DNA of 64,000 nt. Source: Marsupella aquatica. Its lineage: Eukaryota; Plantae; Marchantiophyta. Location: positions 15,878,816 to 15,942,815 of the forward strand of contig OZ316895.1 of the NCBI GenBank assembly GCA_973895155.1, in the 5' to 3' direction. Of this stretch, positions 24,665 through 36,899 are shown one piece after another (positions within the stretch are counted from its first letter, which is position 1; the number at the start of each line of letters is the position of its first letter). The notes under the pieces were generated by a model. It saw only the letters and a program-made list of their open reading frames with translations, did not search any database and was not told where the DNA came from. The translations under genes and the position numbers were made by a program.

Positions 24665-27306
24665 ACTGTTTCTTACCAGTTCTTCGAGAGGCACTGTAGT
24701 GTTGAAAACACCTTTTCGGCTGACAATGAGCTTCAATTTTGCTCTCTGCTCCTAAGAGACCATACTGCAACGCTGGCAACACCAGATCATAATCAAAGCG
24801 TGTAATTGGATGCCAGTGAGCTAGAATTCCTAACCCCATAATCAATTGCGTATTGGGTTGCCAATGCGTTCTTCTGCTCGTTGTAGGATAGGATGACTAA
24901 CCATAATTAAATAGGGGGTCCGAAATGTACAGACATCCTTCATGGGGCCGTGAAGTTTAGAAATGACTAGATGGGTGGTGCCCCACGCCACCGTTGTCTT
25001 CTTTACTGTAGCAACCTTACTAAGCTGGTAATTAGAGCTCTAGTAAACACCTAACTTTTGTAGGTACCGTGTATATTAGTAGGGTGTGCGTCTGCAGTGT
25101 TTGCAGAAAATTTCGATTGGGCACACTCTGCTTTTTGGGCCATGCTTTGCTTGGAAATTAATGAAGTCGATAGTTCGTGTTCGTGTTCGTGTTCGTGATT
25201 ACTTCAAGCTCGTCTTCAAGGGAGCATGGCTGGGAGGAGATGAAATGGAACACGGTATTGGTGACGCTGAGGAAGGCAGCGATGTGTAGGAATTGATGCA
25301 TAGACAGCAGTTCTTTGCAGCTACTGTGGCACAGATGTGTAGGAATTCCGTGGTGCAGATCTCTGATTTTATGTCGAATTTTTCTTCAGGGTTGGCTTAG
25401 TTTTGTACAAGGGCATGTTTGTAAAGACAAACGGGCTTTTACAATCCTTTTCTGTTTTTTGGTGAATGGTATATTGGCTGTGTTTAGTCTTCATGTCGCC
25501 CTCTCGTACCTGCATACTTGTCAAACTGGCATTCTACCCCAGATAAGTTTGAATTCATGTATTCTGGAGTCTGCGAATACATCGTCCAGACTAGATTGTG
25601 ATTGATGTGGAATTGCGACTGTCTGGAATGAAAGCTCTCCCTCCCCTGTGACGTTTCTCTTTAAGTATACCAAAGCATAACGGCCAAAGAGTCCCCTGTC
25701 TGGAGCTGCAAGCTATGGATCGGCTGACGAGGCCTGAATGTCTTATTCTCCGGTGAGAAGGATGAAGGATGGGCACTGGGGCAGGGTCAGCGATGGAGCG
25801 AATTATGATGGCAGGGCAGAGCACGGCAGCAGGGTCAAGGTAGGACACGCAAAGGGCCAGGGAGGCAGCAGTAGCAGGAGCTCCTGCCTCTGGTCCTACA
25901 GGGGCAGCAGCAATAGCAGCTGATGAAGTTCAAAGCCGTGCTTTCTGGCGATTGAATTCGGGTTGCTGTCGTGTTCTTCACAATCATGGGTAGTAGAGTA
26001 GCTCCTTGATTTAAAGATTTTCAAAAGCGCTCCCTCCCCTTTGACCTTTCTCTTCAAGTATACCAGAGTCCTTATAATTTAGGTTCGCTACTTTGGGTAC
26101 ATTCTTTGAACAATGATAGAGAAGCATTGAAAGGGGAAATGGAAGCCAAGAGTGTGTGAGGTTGCATGTCCTTCGTTACGCTGATACCCTACTTGTCTGT
26201 ATGGTCATTGGCCTAGTTGTGGTATGTCAGCTGTATGTTCAGATATTCATTTGACGTGTAAGTGGAACGCTACTGTAGTTTGGGCGTTCATTAGCCGGTT
26301 TACCTTGACTGGAAGCTTGCTCCTTACCCGGAATAAAAGTTTGCTCCCAAAGGCTTCTTGCTGGTACGCGCTACTGAGACGGTTTCGCTAGTTCATCAGA
26401 AGGTTCACTAGCAAACCCAGGTTTCCTACTTTAGTTGTTCCACCACAGGAGAGTACAGGCGAGAGCTTGATATCTAATTCGCTTAATATCAAATTCGCTT
26501 CATATCAAATTCGCAGACATGAATTCATAACCATTCACTCGCTGATGCAAACGCATGATACATTGATCAGGGCTGTACCAACCTAGAAAATGAGTCAGGC
26601 ATGCGCAACCAAACAATGCAAAAAGGCGATATCAAGCACAACCTTACCCTAAAACCATCTTGCTCACCAGAATAACAGATTCGTAAAGAAACACGAAGCT
26701 TATAAGATTAAGCAACCAGCAAAATAATTATAAACGGACCGTTTGATCTCCCTGCATCTGAATACACATACCAGAGTGCGGTAAGAGTATCCAACGATTC
26801 ATGAGAACTTGCATGTTAAGACATTATGATCTCTACTCGGCAGTGACCACAGTTTGCATGAGAGAAAGCACAGCCTCAAAGAATTTTAACTCGTGACCTG
26901 ATCCTTCGGCGTTTCTTTCGATTAGGATAAGAGATCATTGTTCCGTTTGAGGTAGCTCATGTCAATTTCAGAGTGAACAAAAAAGCCTGCAAGGCTCCCC
27001 AGCTAGCAAGGGTGCCCAAAAGCAAGCTAGGCCTTCTGACTCAATTGGCTCTGAAGCATGCTAGTATATATACAGCCTTTGAGAAACTCATGTAACTCAC
27101 GACAAGCACATGAGGAACCTCACAGTACTACATAGCACTAAACCCGTTACCAGCTCTTGATTCCTAACTTATAGATACATGACACGCTAATTACCTATCC
27201 AACATTGGAGCATGAGATTGAGTACTGACTCTGACCGGAATAAATAAGCAAGCATTTCAGAGAATCCTACGGTACAGAAACTGAGACGAAATGGGAGTGC
27301 AGACTA

Positions 27307-30011
27307 CTATTCTCTCTTGTCCTCTTCGGTTTCATCATCGAGACTGAAGACATCAGTGTTGACCGGCTTTCGCGGGTCCGCCTTGATGGAAATTTTCTCA
27401 TTCTCAACTGCTAATCCAGTGGAAGTTAGCGCCACGGCCTCCTCATCGTAATCTTCCCCAACGTCTTCCGAATAGGCAAACCTGAGCACACACATTTTTC
27501 TGGTCATGACCTATTCAACTGATGGACTGGCTCGGCACATGACAGCACCACTGAGAAGAAACTGACATGTTATTTGAAATTTATAATCCATTACCGTCGT
27601 CCTTACCTTGTGGAGTTGTGCGATGGTGCCCACAGAAGACAGATGACAATGAGGAGCACAAAGGTGAAGATACTCCAGAACGCCGTAATTGTCCAGGAAT
27701 TCTCCCATCGCTCACTGAACTTGTCTGTTGCTTTGAAGTACAACTGCATCAATGATGAAAACAAAAGTTCATTTTTCTCGAGTGTATGATAGGATCCCTC
27801 CATATTTAAGTAACAGGGTTGAAAAATATCTCTCTAACTGCCGTCTCTCATAAATAGAATCTCTCGCTATGGTCGGAAACAACCAACGATTGTATCCTTA
27901 CCTCATAGCCAATCCACAACACAGCAATGATAACAGCAAGCGCCAGAGCATTTGTAAATTTTCTATACAGTTCCAATTTGGCGTAGCGTTTCCTGGCCTG
28001 CCAGAAACGATGAAAACAAACATGAAAATAAGTATAAATAAGTAGGCCGTTAGATATTTACAAGAAGTGCTAGCCCCAAACAGATCAGTACTTGGCAATA
28101 GAGGAAGCACAATCGCAGGAACCAAATACCAACATGGTAGAGATGCACATTCCAATTCAAGGGCATACACAAATATATTATTTACCACGAGCCCCACTCC
28201 CTTGTAAAAGAAGAACAAATTAGGATGAAAACCTACCTGCAGCTTCTCAAGTGTCTTGGACAAAGAAGTAAAAATCCAGAGAATGAAAAAGGCATCCAGA
28301 ATCGCGACAGGCAGCACAAGGAAGAGACGGGCATTTCCAGACGCGTCATTAATAGTCCCGACGTTCTCGACTACATCCAACACTTCAGCGGCTGCGAAAT
28401 ATGTTGCTCCGAGCAAAACCACTTTGGAAGTGAGCCCACCAAGAGTTGGAAGAACGACACCATATCCCATCGACACAACCAAGATCAGAAGACGAGAGAC
28501 CGTTTTCTTAACCGCACTGAAGGTCACGGCCCACACCGTGATGCCTATGGGCCTCTTTCCAGTTGCATTGAAGTTCACGTAATCAAAATACCAAGTCGCC
28601 ATCTCACACATCCCAAGCGCTATGACAGCTGTGATGCAGTTTTGAAGCTGTAAAATTTCCTTCCAGTACCTCACATACTGGACAAACCAGATCAGCCCGA
28701 GAGTAAGGTATGCAAGAGACATAATGCCACAGAATATTAACGAGGGTGTCATCTTTCCGGGAAGATATCCTCCTGGATTCTTCCAAACTGTTTTCCCATT
28801 CAAGGTCAATCCCTGGAGCTCTGGCTCACAGAAAACGAAGTACAATGTGTACATTCCTTTCTTCGTAATCGGAATGGTATCTGTCGGCAATTGAGTCGTC
28901 ATTTCATTACCAGTAAAGGAGGCCCTTCTCGACTGTGGCCAATCCGGGTTCTCAGCGTCTTTTTGAATTATCACTTCCCCTTGCTTACATCCTGTGCTCT
29001 TCGCCAGATCTTTAGTGCAGCACAAATCTCTTTGACTGCCATCAATATAAGACGCACCAAAATTGTCTTTATCTGCTAGCTCAAAGATGATAGCTTCGAC
29101 TGTAATCTTTGCAGTCTCGGTGGTGACCTTACTTGCAGAGTCAGTGGTCCTTGTAAATGTGAGTGTAGGGTCAAATCTGTTTGTAAGACAAGACGAGGGC
29201 AAGTTAGGGCACTGCTGTGAACTTGACAATGAAGAATACAGTCCAACCCAGTCAAATTTGTCATGCAGTTACCTCCCAAACTTTTGACACCCGCCTCAGT
29301 ACTGAAAGGAGAGAAGGTAAGCAGAGGGTTTCATGGACTGCTTTTGTCTATAGCGATAGTCCAAGTAAGTAAGTAAACAGCTATACAGTACGCACACGGG
29401 CCCTCCCTATCGACTGCTTTCAGTGGATAAGCGCAGAGAGATCCAGTAGCCAATCTACAAAAAAAATGAGAATGGAGGGAGTAGGGAGAAAGCGAGAGAA
29501 GGGAGAAAGACACAAAAATGAGTTTTCGTTCCTGGTCCTGGCCACACGATACAACGTAGATGTACCCATTGACTTCAGACCTGTATCTGATTTCTATGTT
29601 AGAGATAGACAGGAATAAAGCGAGAGAATGGATAATCAATGAGTAATGAATGTCTACGGGGGGGGGGCAGAAAGCGCCATGGACCAATATTGTACAGAGC
29701 TAAGGCAGAGTCCATGATGGCAAGGCAGAACAGGAGGTCCCAGAGCTCGAAAAAATTGTATAGAGAAAGGCCAACCTGATAAATGATTTGCCGTTGGCAA
29801 CGCCACTGCTGTTCTTGCTGGGTACACTTGCTCTGAGACCCTCCATTCCTCCATATAAGAAATAAGCATTTCCAATCTGCTTAAATTTGGCATTATGATA
29901 CTCGTGCACTGACGCACCCGCTTGCTTGAACCCAATGCCGCTTAAAACGACTAGCAGAAAGCTTGCTAGGGCTATAGATCTCCAACAACCCATCATCTTC
30001 ATCGATATCAT
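27307..30011 (-). CDS. TMEM87/GPR107-family (lung seven-transmembrane receptor, CAND7-like) protein, 5 exons, about 527 aa
   Basis: Exons 30011-29776, 29176-28237, 27997-27902, 27743-27607 and 27481-27307 (1584 nt, GT-AG, in phase). Signal peptide then ASVHEY, luminal CC...GC domain, VWKNPGGYLPG, LILVVSMGYGVV-PTLG, KLELYRKFTN, LWAPSHNSTRFAYSE and C-terminal EEDKRE. Confidence 0.93.
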
Positions 30012-31628
30012 TGCAGGTGGCTATTGTGACGCAATGCACTACGTCCTTCACCTGCAAGCCTTCAAGAATGCCCACAAGCGCGACGTTAGACGATCTGACC
30101 AAAGATGGTTTGGACCAAAGGCTCCTTAGGATCATCGATCGTTGCCAACGACCTTGGAAGCTTCCAAGAACCTAAAAGAACTAGGACTGTATCTAGTGCA
30201 GAAACGTCAGCGACGATCCACCGATCTTGGTCCTTGTGAAAAGTTCGCCACCTACCTTCTATAACTCCTCCTGCGAGACTCGATCTGGAGGGCCTCAACG
30301 ACGTGTGGCAGGTCAGCCTAACCTGAACGTATACATTCCCTCCACATGCACTCCATCCACCCTAGTCCCGTCCCAAACACCTGTAAAAAGTCGGTTACAA
30401 ATCGAAAACTCCACATGCACCAAACTTTTCGTACCGAGAGTGACCCTACACAAACCTCTCTCGCCCCTTTCCTCCCTCCTCTCCTTCCTTCCCGGCAAGG
30501 ACGAAACCCAAATGAGCAGCTACGAACGAAAAGCAAAACAGCAATCGAGCAGCTTTGAACAAATGGCCTAGCTATCCAAACGCATACATGAAATCGACCT
30601 CCACCGTCATTCGTCCAGGTGACGCTCCGACCAAGCTCTCATCGTTCCCAAAGTACAACCCAAATCCGCTGCCTCCTCCTCCTCGTCCTCCTCCTCAATG
30701 CCGGACACAAACGACGACACCACACGTCCAGATCCTGCAGGAGAAGAATTCCTTCCCAAGAACCCCGCTGATCCGTGCCCTGACCCAGGCGAGACGGCAG
30801 AACTTCTCTTCTGTACGATACCCTATTATTGCCTCGTGACCACACTGACCTCCTCTTCGGTCTCTCGGTCGAGGCGTGGAGCAGAATGACCAAACGGACG
30901 ACGAAGACGAGAATCGAAGCGTGAAAATCAACTTCGCAACTGCGAGAAACGAAGATGACTCAATAATGAATGAACGAATGCCCCGAGCAGTCAAAACCAC
31001 CGTCGAACCGGATGCAAATCACAATGCTGAGACAAGACAGAGCACGATGACGATACGGGGCCCAACCCAGCCCATCCCTGCCGACCCGAGCCGCCGACCC
31101 GAGCCGAGCCGAGCCGAGGCTGGAGAAGGGTGGAAAGAAGGGGGAGATACTTCACAAAGAACAGAGAGAGCGTCGGAATAATAAAAGAAAGGCAAAAGAA
31201 AAGAAGCCGGAAAGAAAGGGGGTCGCCGAGCCGGGGGCAGCTGAAGCGATGGTCCCATTGCCCCCAAACGTAGAACGACGAATGCCGGTGGGGTAGAACG
31301 TACATGTACGGTTGGCAATGGCGTACTCGGGAGCACCTACAGCTGCTGCGCACGAATCCAGGACGGGACTGACAACGGGAACGGGACGCGGTCTGTGGTG
31401 GTAAAAGGAAATCCGGGATCGCTTCTTCCGTCCCCATACCCGCGGGAATTCTGGCTGGTCTCAAATCCTGTTGAGAAGTAATCGCTCACGGAAAAGTAGG
31501 TTAGTCCGTCAAAAGTTCTGGATTTCCTAAAATGGCAGTCGTTAACTGTTACGGATGTACGTGAACATCTTCTTACCGCGGTGGAAGATGAACGCCAAAC
31601 CCATGTTTCAGACGCCCTATTATTGTTA

Positions 31629-31884
31629 GGGCGTCTCAATGGTCCTCTTTCGAGGGTTCAGAATTCTCTTGTTACAGAAATGATGTTAACATGTTAATTA
31701 ACGACACCTCCCCATCTGATCTTCAACTTTTGGGCATAAGAAACAACCTTAACCTGTGTATGCATTGGCAAGTTTTGAATCACAATTCTAAAAAAACTTT
31801 GCTTTCTCTTAATGATAGGGCTACGGCCAAATCACTAGCCAGGGCCAAAGTCCCATGACCATAATATCCGAGTTTGGGACGCCC
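31629..31884. mobile_element. MITE (256 bp) with GGGCGTCTCAA / TTGGGACGCCC termini
   Basis: TA|GGGCGTCTCAA...TTTGGGACGCCC|TA. Another element's right end lies at 31611-31617 and another left end at 31890. Confidence 0.7.
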
Positions 31885-31889
31885 TACTA

Positions 31890-32053
31890 GGGCGTCTCAA
31901 ACCTTCGAGTTTTTGCCTCCGGTCACACTCAAGGTCATTTTCCTGGAACTAAAGTGGTGCACACTAAAATGCTTGTCTGCACATTTGTGACCGCAGACCA
32001 AAACTACTTTTGGGCAAGGGATATTTTTGCAGACTTAAAAGTTTGAGACACAA
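31890..32053. mobile_element. MITE of the same family, degenerate right end
   Basis: TA|GGGCGTCTCAAAC...GTTTGAGACAC. An internal TGTGACCGCAGACCAAAA motif is related (inverted) to the 19502-19842 element. Confidence 0.55.
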
Positions 32054-32599
32054 CATTATTAGTATACTGCCAGATAGGTGCAGATGTGGAAGCTGTTAGT
32101 ATAAGGGAGAGAAATCTGGAAGCTCTGGCTGCGTTATCACAAAGGAAAGGGACAAGACACTGTAAAATTTGGATGTGTCAAAACCTACTTTCCACAGGTT
32201 TTACATGTCTCAGGGAAGATAGTTGTTGCTGTTGTGAGAAATCAACCCAAGAGCAACCCTTGAACCAGTCAGGGAAAAAGATTATTGGAGTTAGTCTAAG
32301 ATCAACTCTATCCATTGGATCATGCAAACTCTGTGTACATGGTCAACTTAATATGTGAGCAAAAAGAGTGACAACCTACAAATTAAACTAAATAATACCA
32401 TGCCTAAATCAGATGGCAAAGTAGTAATTTTGGCAAAACCATTCAATTGTCACTAACCTGTCCCTCAACCTGTCCCCCAAACTGACCATTCTAATAAATT
32501 ATCAACCTGTCCCCCAAACTATTTTAGTTACTAGGTTGACCCCCATTTTGTATACGGGTTACTCTGACTTACTCCTGTACTTAACCCAAGGTCATTTTG

Positions 32600-35500
32600 C
32601 ATTGGTTGTCTGCCATGTGGCATGGTGCTATTGGCCCCATCCACAAATGCCCTAACCCAGGCCACCTCATTCCGATTATAAAAAATGTAGGAGTACAGGA
32701 CCAGCTCATTTCAATCTCAAATGCATGACAACGAGCCATGTAGTTGCGGCAAGAGTGTAGGTCCAAGTGTTCATATCATTGAAGAAGTACAGGCCGTCTA
32801 GGTCTTGAATGGGGTGTTTCTGGTTGCTAAGGACAGTGGAGGGTCTTTGTGGGTCTTCTGCTTGTCTCTTGCCAAACATTCTTGAGTTTCAAATAGTCAA
32901 GGTCTTCATCTTCAAATAAATAGTTGTTAAAAGACAAATGAATGATTGTTCAAACGACTCAGATTAAATTATATTTAGGAATCAATATTTCTCAAGGTAA
33001 GCAGTTGTTAATTTTTAACAGGCAGCCATTGGACATAGAATTGAATTTAAATGATCTCCCAGCTTGACCTGCTGCAAGAGGAGAATCAATATCTTGTGAG
33101 AGTTACCACTTCAATCAAGCACAATCATGTTCCCTGAACTCAATTCAAACTTGAGGGGTTAAACCAAGCCACCAGGGCTAAGGTTTCATGCTGGAGGTGT
33201 ATTTGCAAACTTGAGGTTCATTCGTACTTTCTTAGGGACGGTTGGGATTCCCACAAGGCTTCTAAATGACCAATCACAATACTATGCTGTCATACAGCCA
33301 TGGGCCCCTTATGCTTTACACTGCCACTGTCCCCAAAGCTGTGGGGGTACAAAATAGTCCACTTGTTTTTTAACTTTGTGAAGAACAATTATGACAAATG
33401 ATGGTAACCTGGATCCACCAGGTTTTTCTTCGGGGACAGCAATAGTGGTTTAAGACCATGTTGGGGTTTTGTGTGCATTGCTTCTCTTCTGCATGTGTAT
33501 ATTTCTTTTCATGATATGCCATTAACTAGGATTTATCTTCTCCCCAACTCTTGTGAAACTTTGTGGTACTATATTCTTAATCCCAGATGGACCACCACTT
33601 TTGGCAAAGAATCTAAACTGATCATCTTGCAATGTTACTTTCTGTTCAGATTATACTTTTCATGTTACATTTTTTGGTGTCAGAAAAGTTACTGGGTTCA
33701 TCAGAGTCTCTAAGTTGAAGGTGGTGGTAGATCCGGGCCACAACTTCACTTGTTAATACTCTAATTTCACAGATATCACATTCATTTGCTTGTCCTGCCA
33801 TGCTAAGCCAGGGGCCTAAATGTACCTTTCTCATCAGTCAAGTTGGAGTGTAAAGCCAGTCATCCTTCCCTCTTGGTCTTATGAGCAGGGTAACATCTGT
33901 TCATAGGGGTGAGGGAGTAGGTTTTAGGGCCTCTCTTGGGGCCTCTAGTCAAATTCCTTTGTTCAACTTACCTATGCTTTCATACCGGAGTTTTACCAGG
34001 CTCTTCAGTTTGTCTATTAGTTCCCGGCTGTTGCTCGGCTGGACTTCTGCCTGGGTCGTTCATCCTTATGCTCCTTGGTGGACTACCTTTGGTTTGGGTC
34101 TTTTGCCTGTGGGATTGCATCTCCCTGTTGGGCGCCTTCAGTCCATCACACTGCTCCATCACCAGCTTCCATCACCAACTACTCTGCAATGTCTTGGTTT
34201 GAATGTCAATACCGACTGGTTGCGCATTCAGCTACACAATTTAATCTTTAGTCATTGTGCATAATCAACCTACTGCCCCCTTGTCATTTTCCACTCCCAC
34301 CCCAAGTTTTAGTAATGCCCTCACAGTCATGGTCTAGAGACTTCACTCTAAATCGTAACCTTAAACAATAGGTTTCGATTGCAATTTACCAGTAAGATGG
34401 TGACATGGTTTTCCTTTGGACCAATAGGGACCTGTTGTCTCACAAGACAGTGACAGGTTTAGGCACCATTACGCACATTACCTGAGATACAATCTGCCTA
34501 CCCGAGCTTAACACTGCCTGGAGCAACCTTGGGTTCTCAATCAAACCACACCACCTCCAGTCCAAAGTGTGGTGGCCCATAGTACCAGTTTATTAGGGCA
34601 TGTCAAACAGCACCGTAAAGGAGGTACGGGCAAGGATGTAAAATTCTTTTATGGCCACTCCTTATGGGCTGCCTAAATACAAACCGTGTAAGAATCTTAT
34701 ATCCCAAATGTTTTCATCCTTAAAACTTTTCTAATGGCTGGACTTTGACACTCCCAATTGACCCACCCCAGTCCAGACCTGGATTGAACTTGGACATCTT
34801 TGCCATCTGTGCAAATTTTCTTTTGAGAAGCTCTGAACCACCCACAAGGCCTTCGAGGAGACAGACAGACATGGCGCGTTACCGTACTCAGTCTAATGAG
34901 TGAGTGAGTGAGTGCTGACAAACTCCGTCCAAAAATCCAGCGGCATCACCGGTTGGTGAAGGGCTGACCACTTTAATTAGCGATGCAGGTGGTGGAATGG
35001 AATTGCAGTCCTCCAACGGTGCCATGATTGAGACATGACTGGCATTGTGTGGGGATGGTTATTGTCTCCAGATCGACGTGGGGATAGAGTGGCTTACCGG
35101 TTGTCATGTTTTCCACATACATCCATTGAAGAACCATTCTGGTAGAGGAGCCGGCTTCCCCTTGATTCGTCCTTAGCATGGCGATTACGATGGTGAATGA
35201 GTCCATTTTTGGGTCAGGTTTTGCTGGACCCAGTGGCTGGCAGAGTCTTCCAGTAGATATTGATGACAACAACTTAACGGATGTAGCGAGGTATGCCTGG
35301 GGTTGAGAGGCAGCCGCTACCAGAAGGAGACAATTGAGTCTTCAGTGAATTTGGAAGTATAGTATTACCCACCTGGATCTATCTTACAGGTTGGTAAATG
35401 AGTAGGGTTGAAGACGGATTCCAAGGCGGTACGAAGGAAAGGAAAGGATCACACTGTCATCACCCGAGCGCTGCTGATGTTGCAGAATCCAGTGAAAAGT
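32600..35500 (-). mobile_element. Possible heavily decayed LINE (L1-like) remnant, interrupted by a MITE
   Basis: Broken minus-strand frames: CQSCLNHG (zinc-knuckle-like ORF1 end) at about 35020-35045 and TTIAVPEEKPGG (reminiscent of the post-RT W..I..PK..GGLG block) at about 33415-33450. Motif resemblance only. Confidence 0.3.
34596..34755. mobile_element. Solo copy of the MITE found in the 19943-20400 array
   Basis: GGGCATGTCAAACAG...GGGCAAGGATGTAAAA...GGGCTGCCTAAATAC...CTTTGACACTCCC. Confidence 0.6.
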
Positions 35501-36899
35501 GCAAAGAATCAGTGTGCCGGCCTTGGGCAATTATCTCCAAGTAACAAAGGGAGCTGCTAAATGAGATTGAGAACAGTGGCTGCTGTGACCCAGGCAATCT
35601 TTGAGACAAAGTGGATGTTTTAGCTTACCCGACTTACATGGATAAGAATCAGGCATGCACAGGACAGGGTATAAAGCCACCATTGAAGCATCAACAGCTC
35701 GCAGAATACATATTGTTTAACAATCCCAAGTCATGGAACAGTCTCCGCCCTTAATCTACTTGTTTACATAGTCTGACAAACAATCGCTTGAATTCTTTGA
35801 AGGCAATGGGCCCAGGAAAAATTACAGTGGCAGGACAGGATGCTGAAGCTCTCCTTCATGCCGTTGAGTAACAGAACAATTGATATGAAACAGGAGAGTC
35901 CAAGCTCAGCCGATTCCTGGTTATCTCATTTTCTATCTCCCAGAAAGGTCAGATACAGGAGACCAACGCACTTTTTATCTCAAAAATAATCTTGCTATGA
36001 ATTCAACGCGAGGACTGGCATGCTCATCGATTCCGTATGAGACTCTTTTGAATTGACTGCCCACAAATCTCACCTAGTCATTGTCAATACCAGCGTTGTA
36101 TTTCTAGTTCGGAAAAATGGTGAAAGAGTGTAGGACTACACATCCTTCAATTTGGAAGCAATCGACAATATTAACCAAATTTACTTTCTCTTTCTCTTCC
36201 TCCTCCGAGACCAGCTCCAGCATCTGAAGGTTTTCTTTCCGGGTGCAACTTCCCTGGTCGATTGCCTTCTACCTGAATGAGGAGTCACCATTAGGAAATC
36301 TTCCCTCTCTGCCTGTTCGCGGGTGGCTTTGAATCTCACAACTTTTGGGCGCAGGATGTACGACTCTGGAAAATGGCATAAACAAAAATAAACAGACAGA
36401 TAAATATTTTTATACTGAACACTCCAAAGAAGTCTACATAGCCCTTAGAGCTCTGACAATTGACAAAGCTCCATGGAATGGAGAATGCTGCAATCAAATC
36501 CTCACCCACAGGCAAACATTCATGAAAACTCGTGATTCTTAGGCAGAAGCACCAGTCTGGTCATTTAGTAGATGTATGCTGATCATCGCAAGGCTCAATG
36601 CTGGAAAACCTACAGATTTGAAGTTTTCACAAGTCTTCTCTGATGGTCTATCAAGTCTTGTAGTGACTGTACTATTTCAGTACAAGCCTGGAGGTTAGGG
36701 ATTTAAACCTAGGGGATATGATGATACCTGAGTTCCTGCTCCAAAAGTATCCATAGAGTACTGGTTAGGGAGGTTCCAATATAGGGGCTAAAACTGCAAA
36801 CGTAACGACTTGCAAAACAATCCTGTGCTCGAGATTGTTCAAGACATCCAAACTGGACACTCCAAACCGAACGATTTCGTTTCGTTGCTGAAGATAGGC

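Noticed and set aside
30086-31639. Many overlapping short ORFs
   Set aside because: GC-rich 5' UTR/promoter region of the TMEM87-like gene; low stop-codon frequency explains them.
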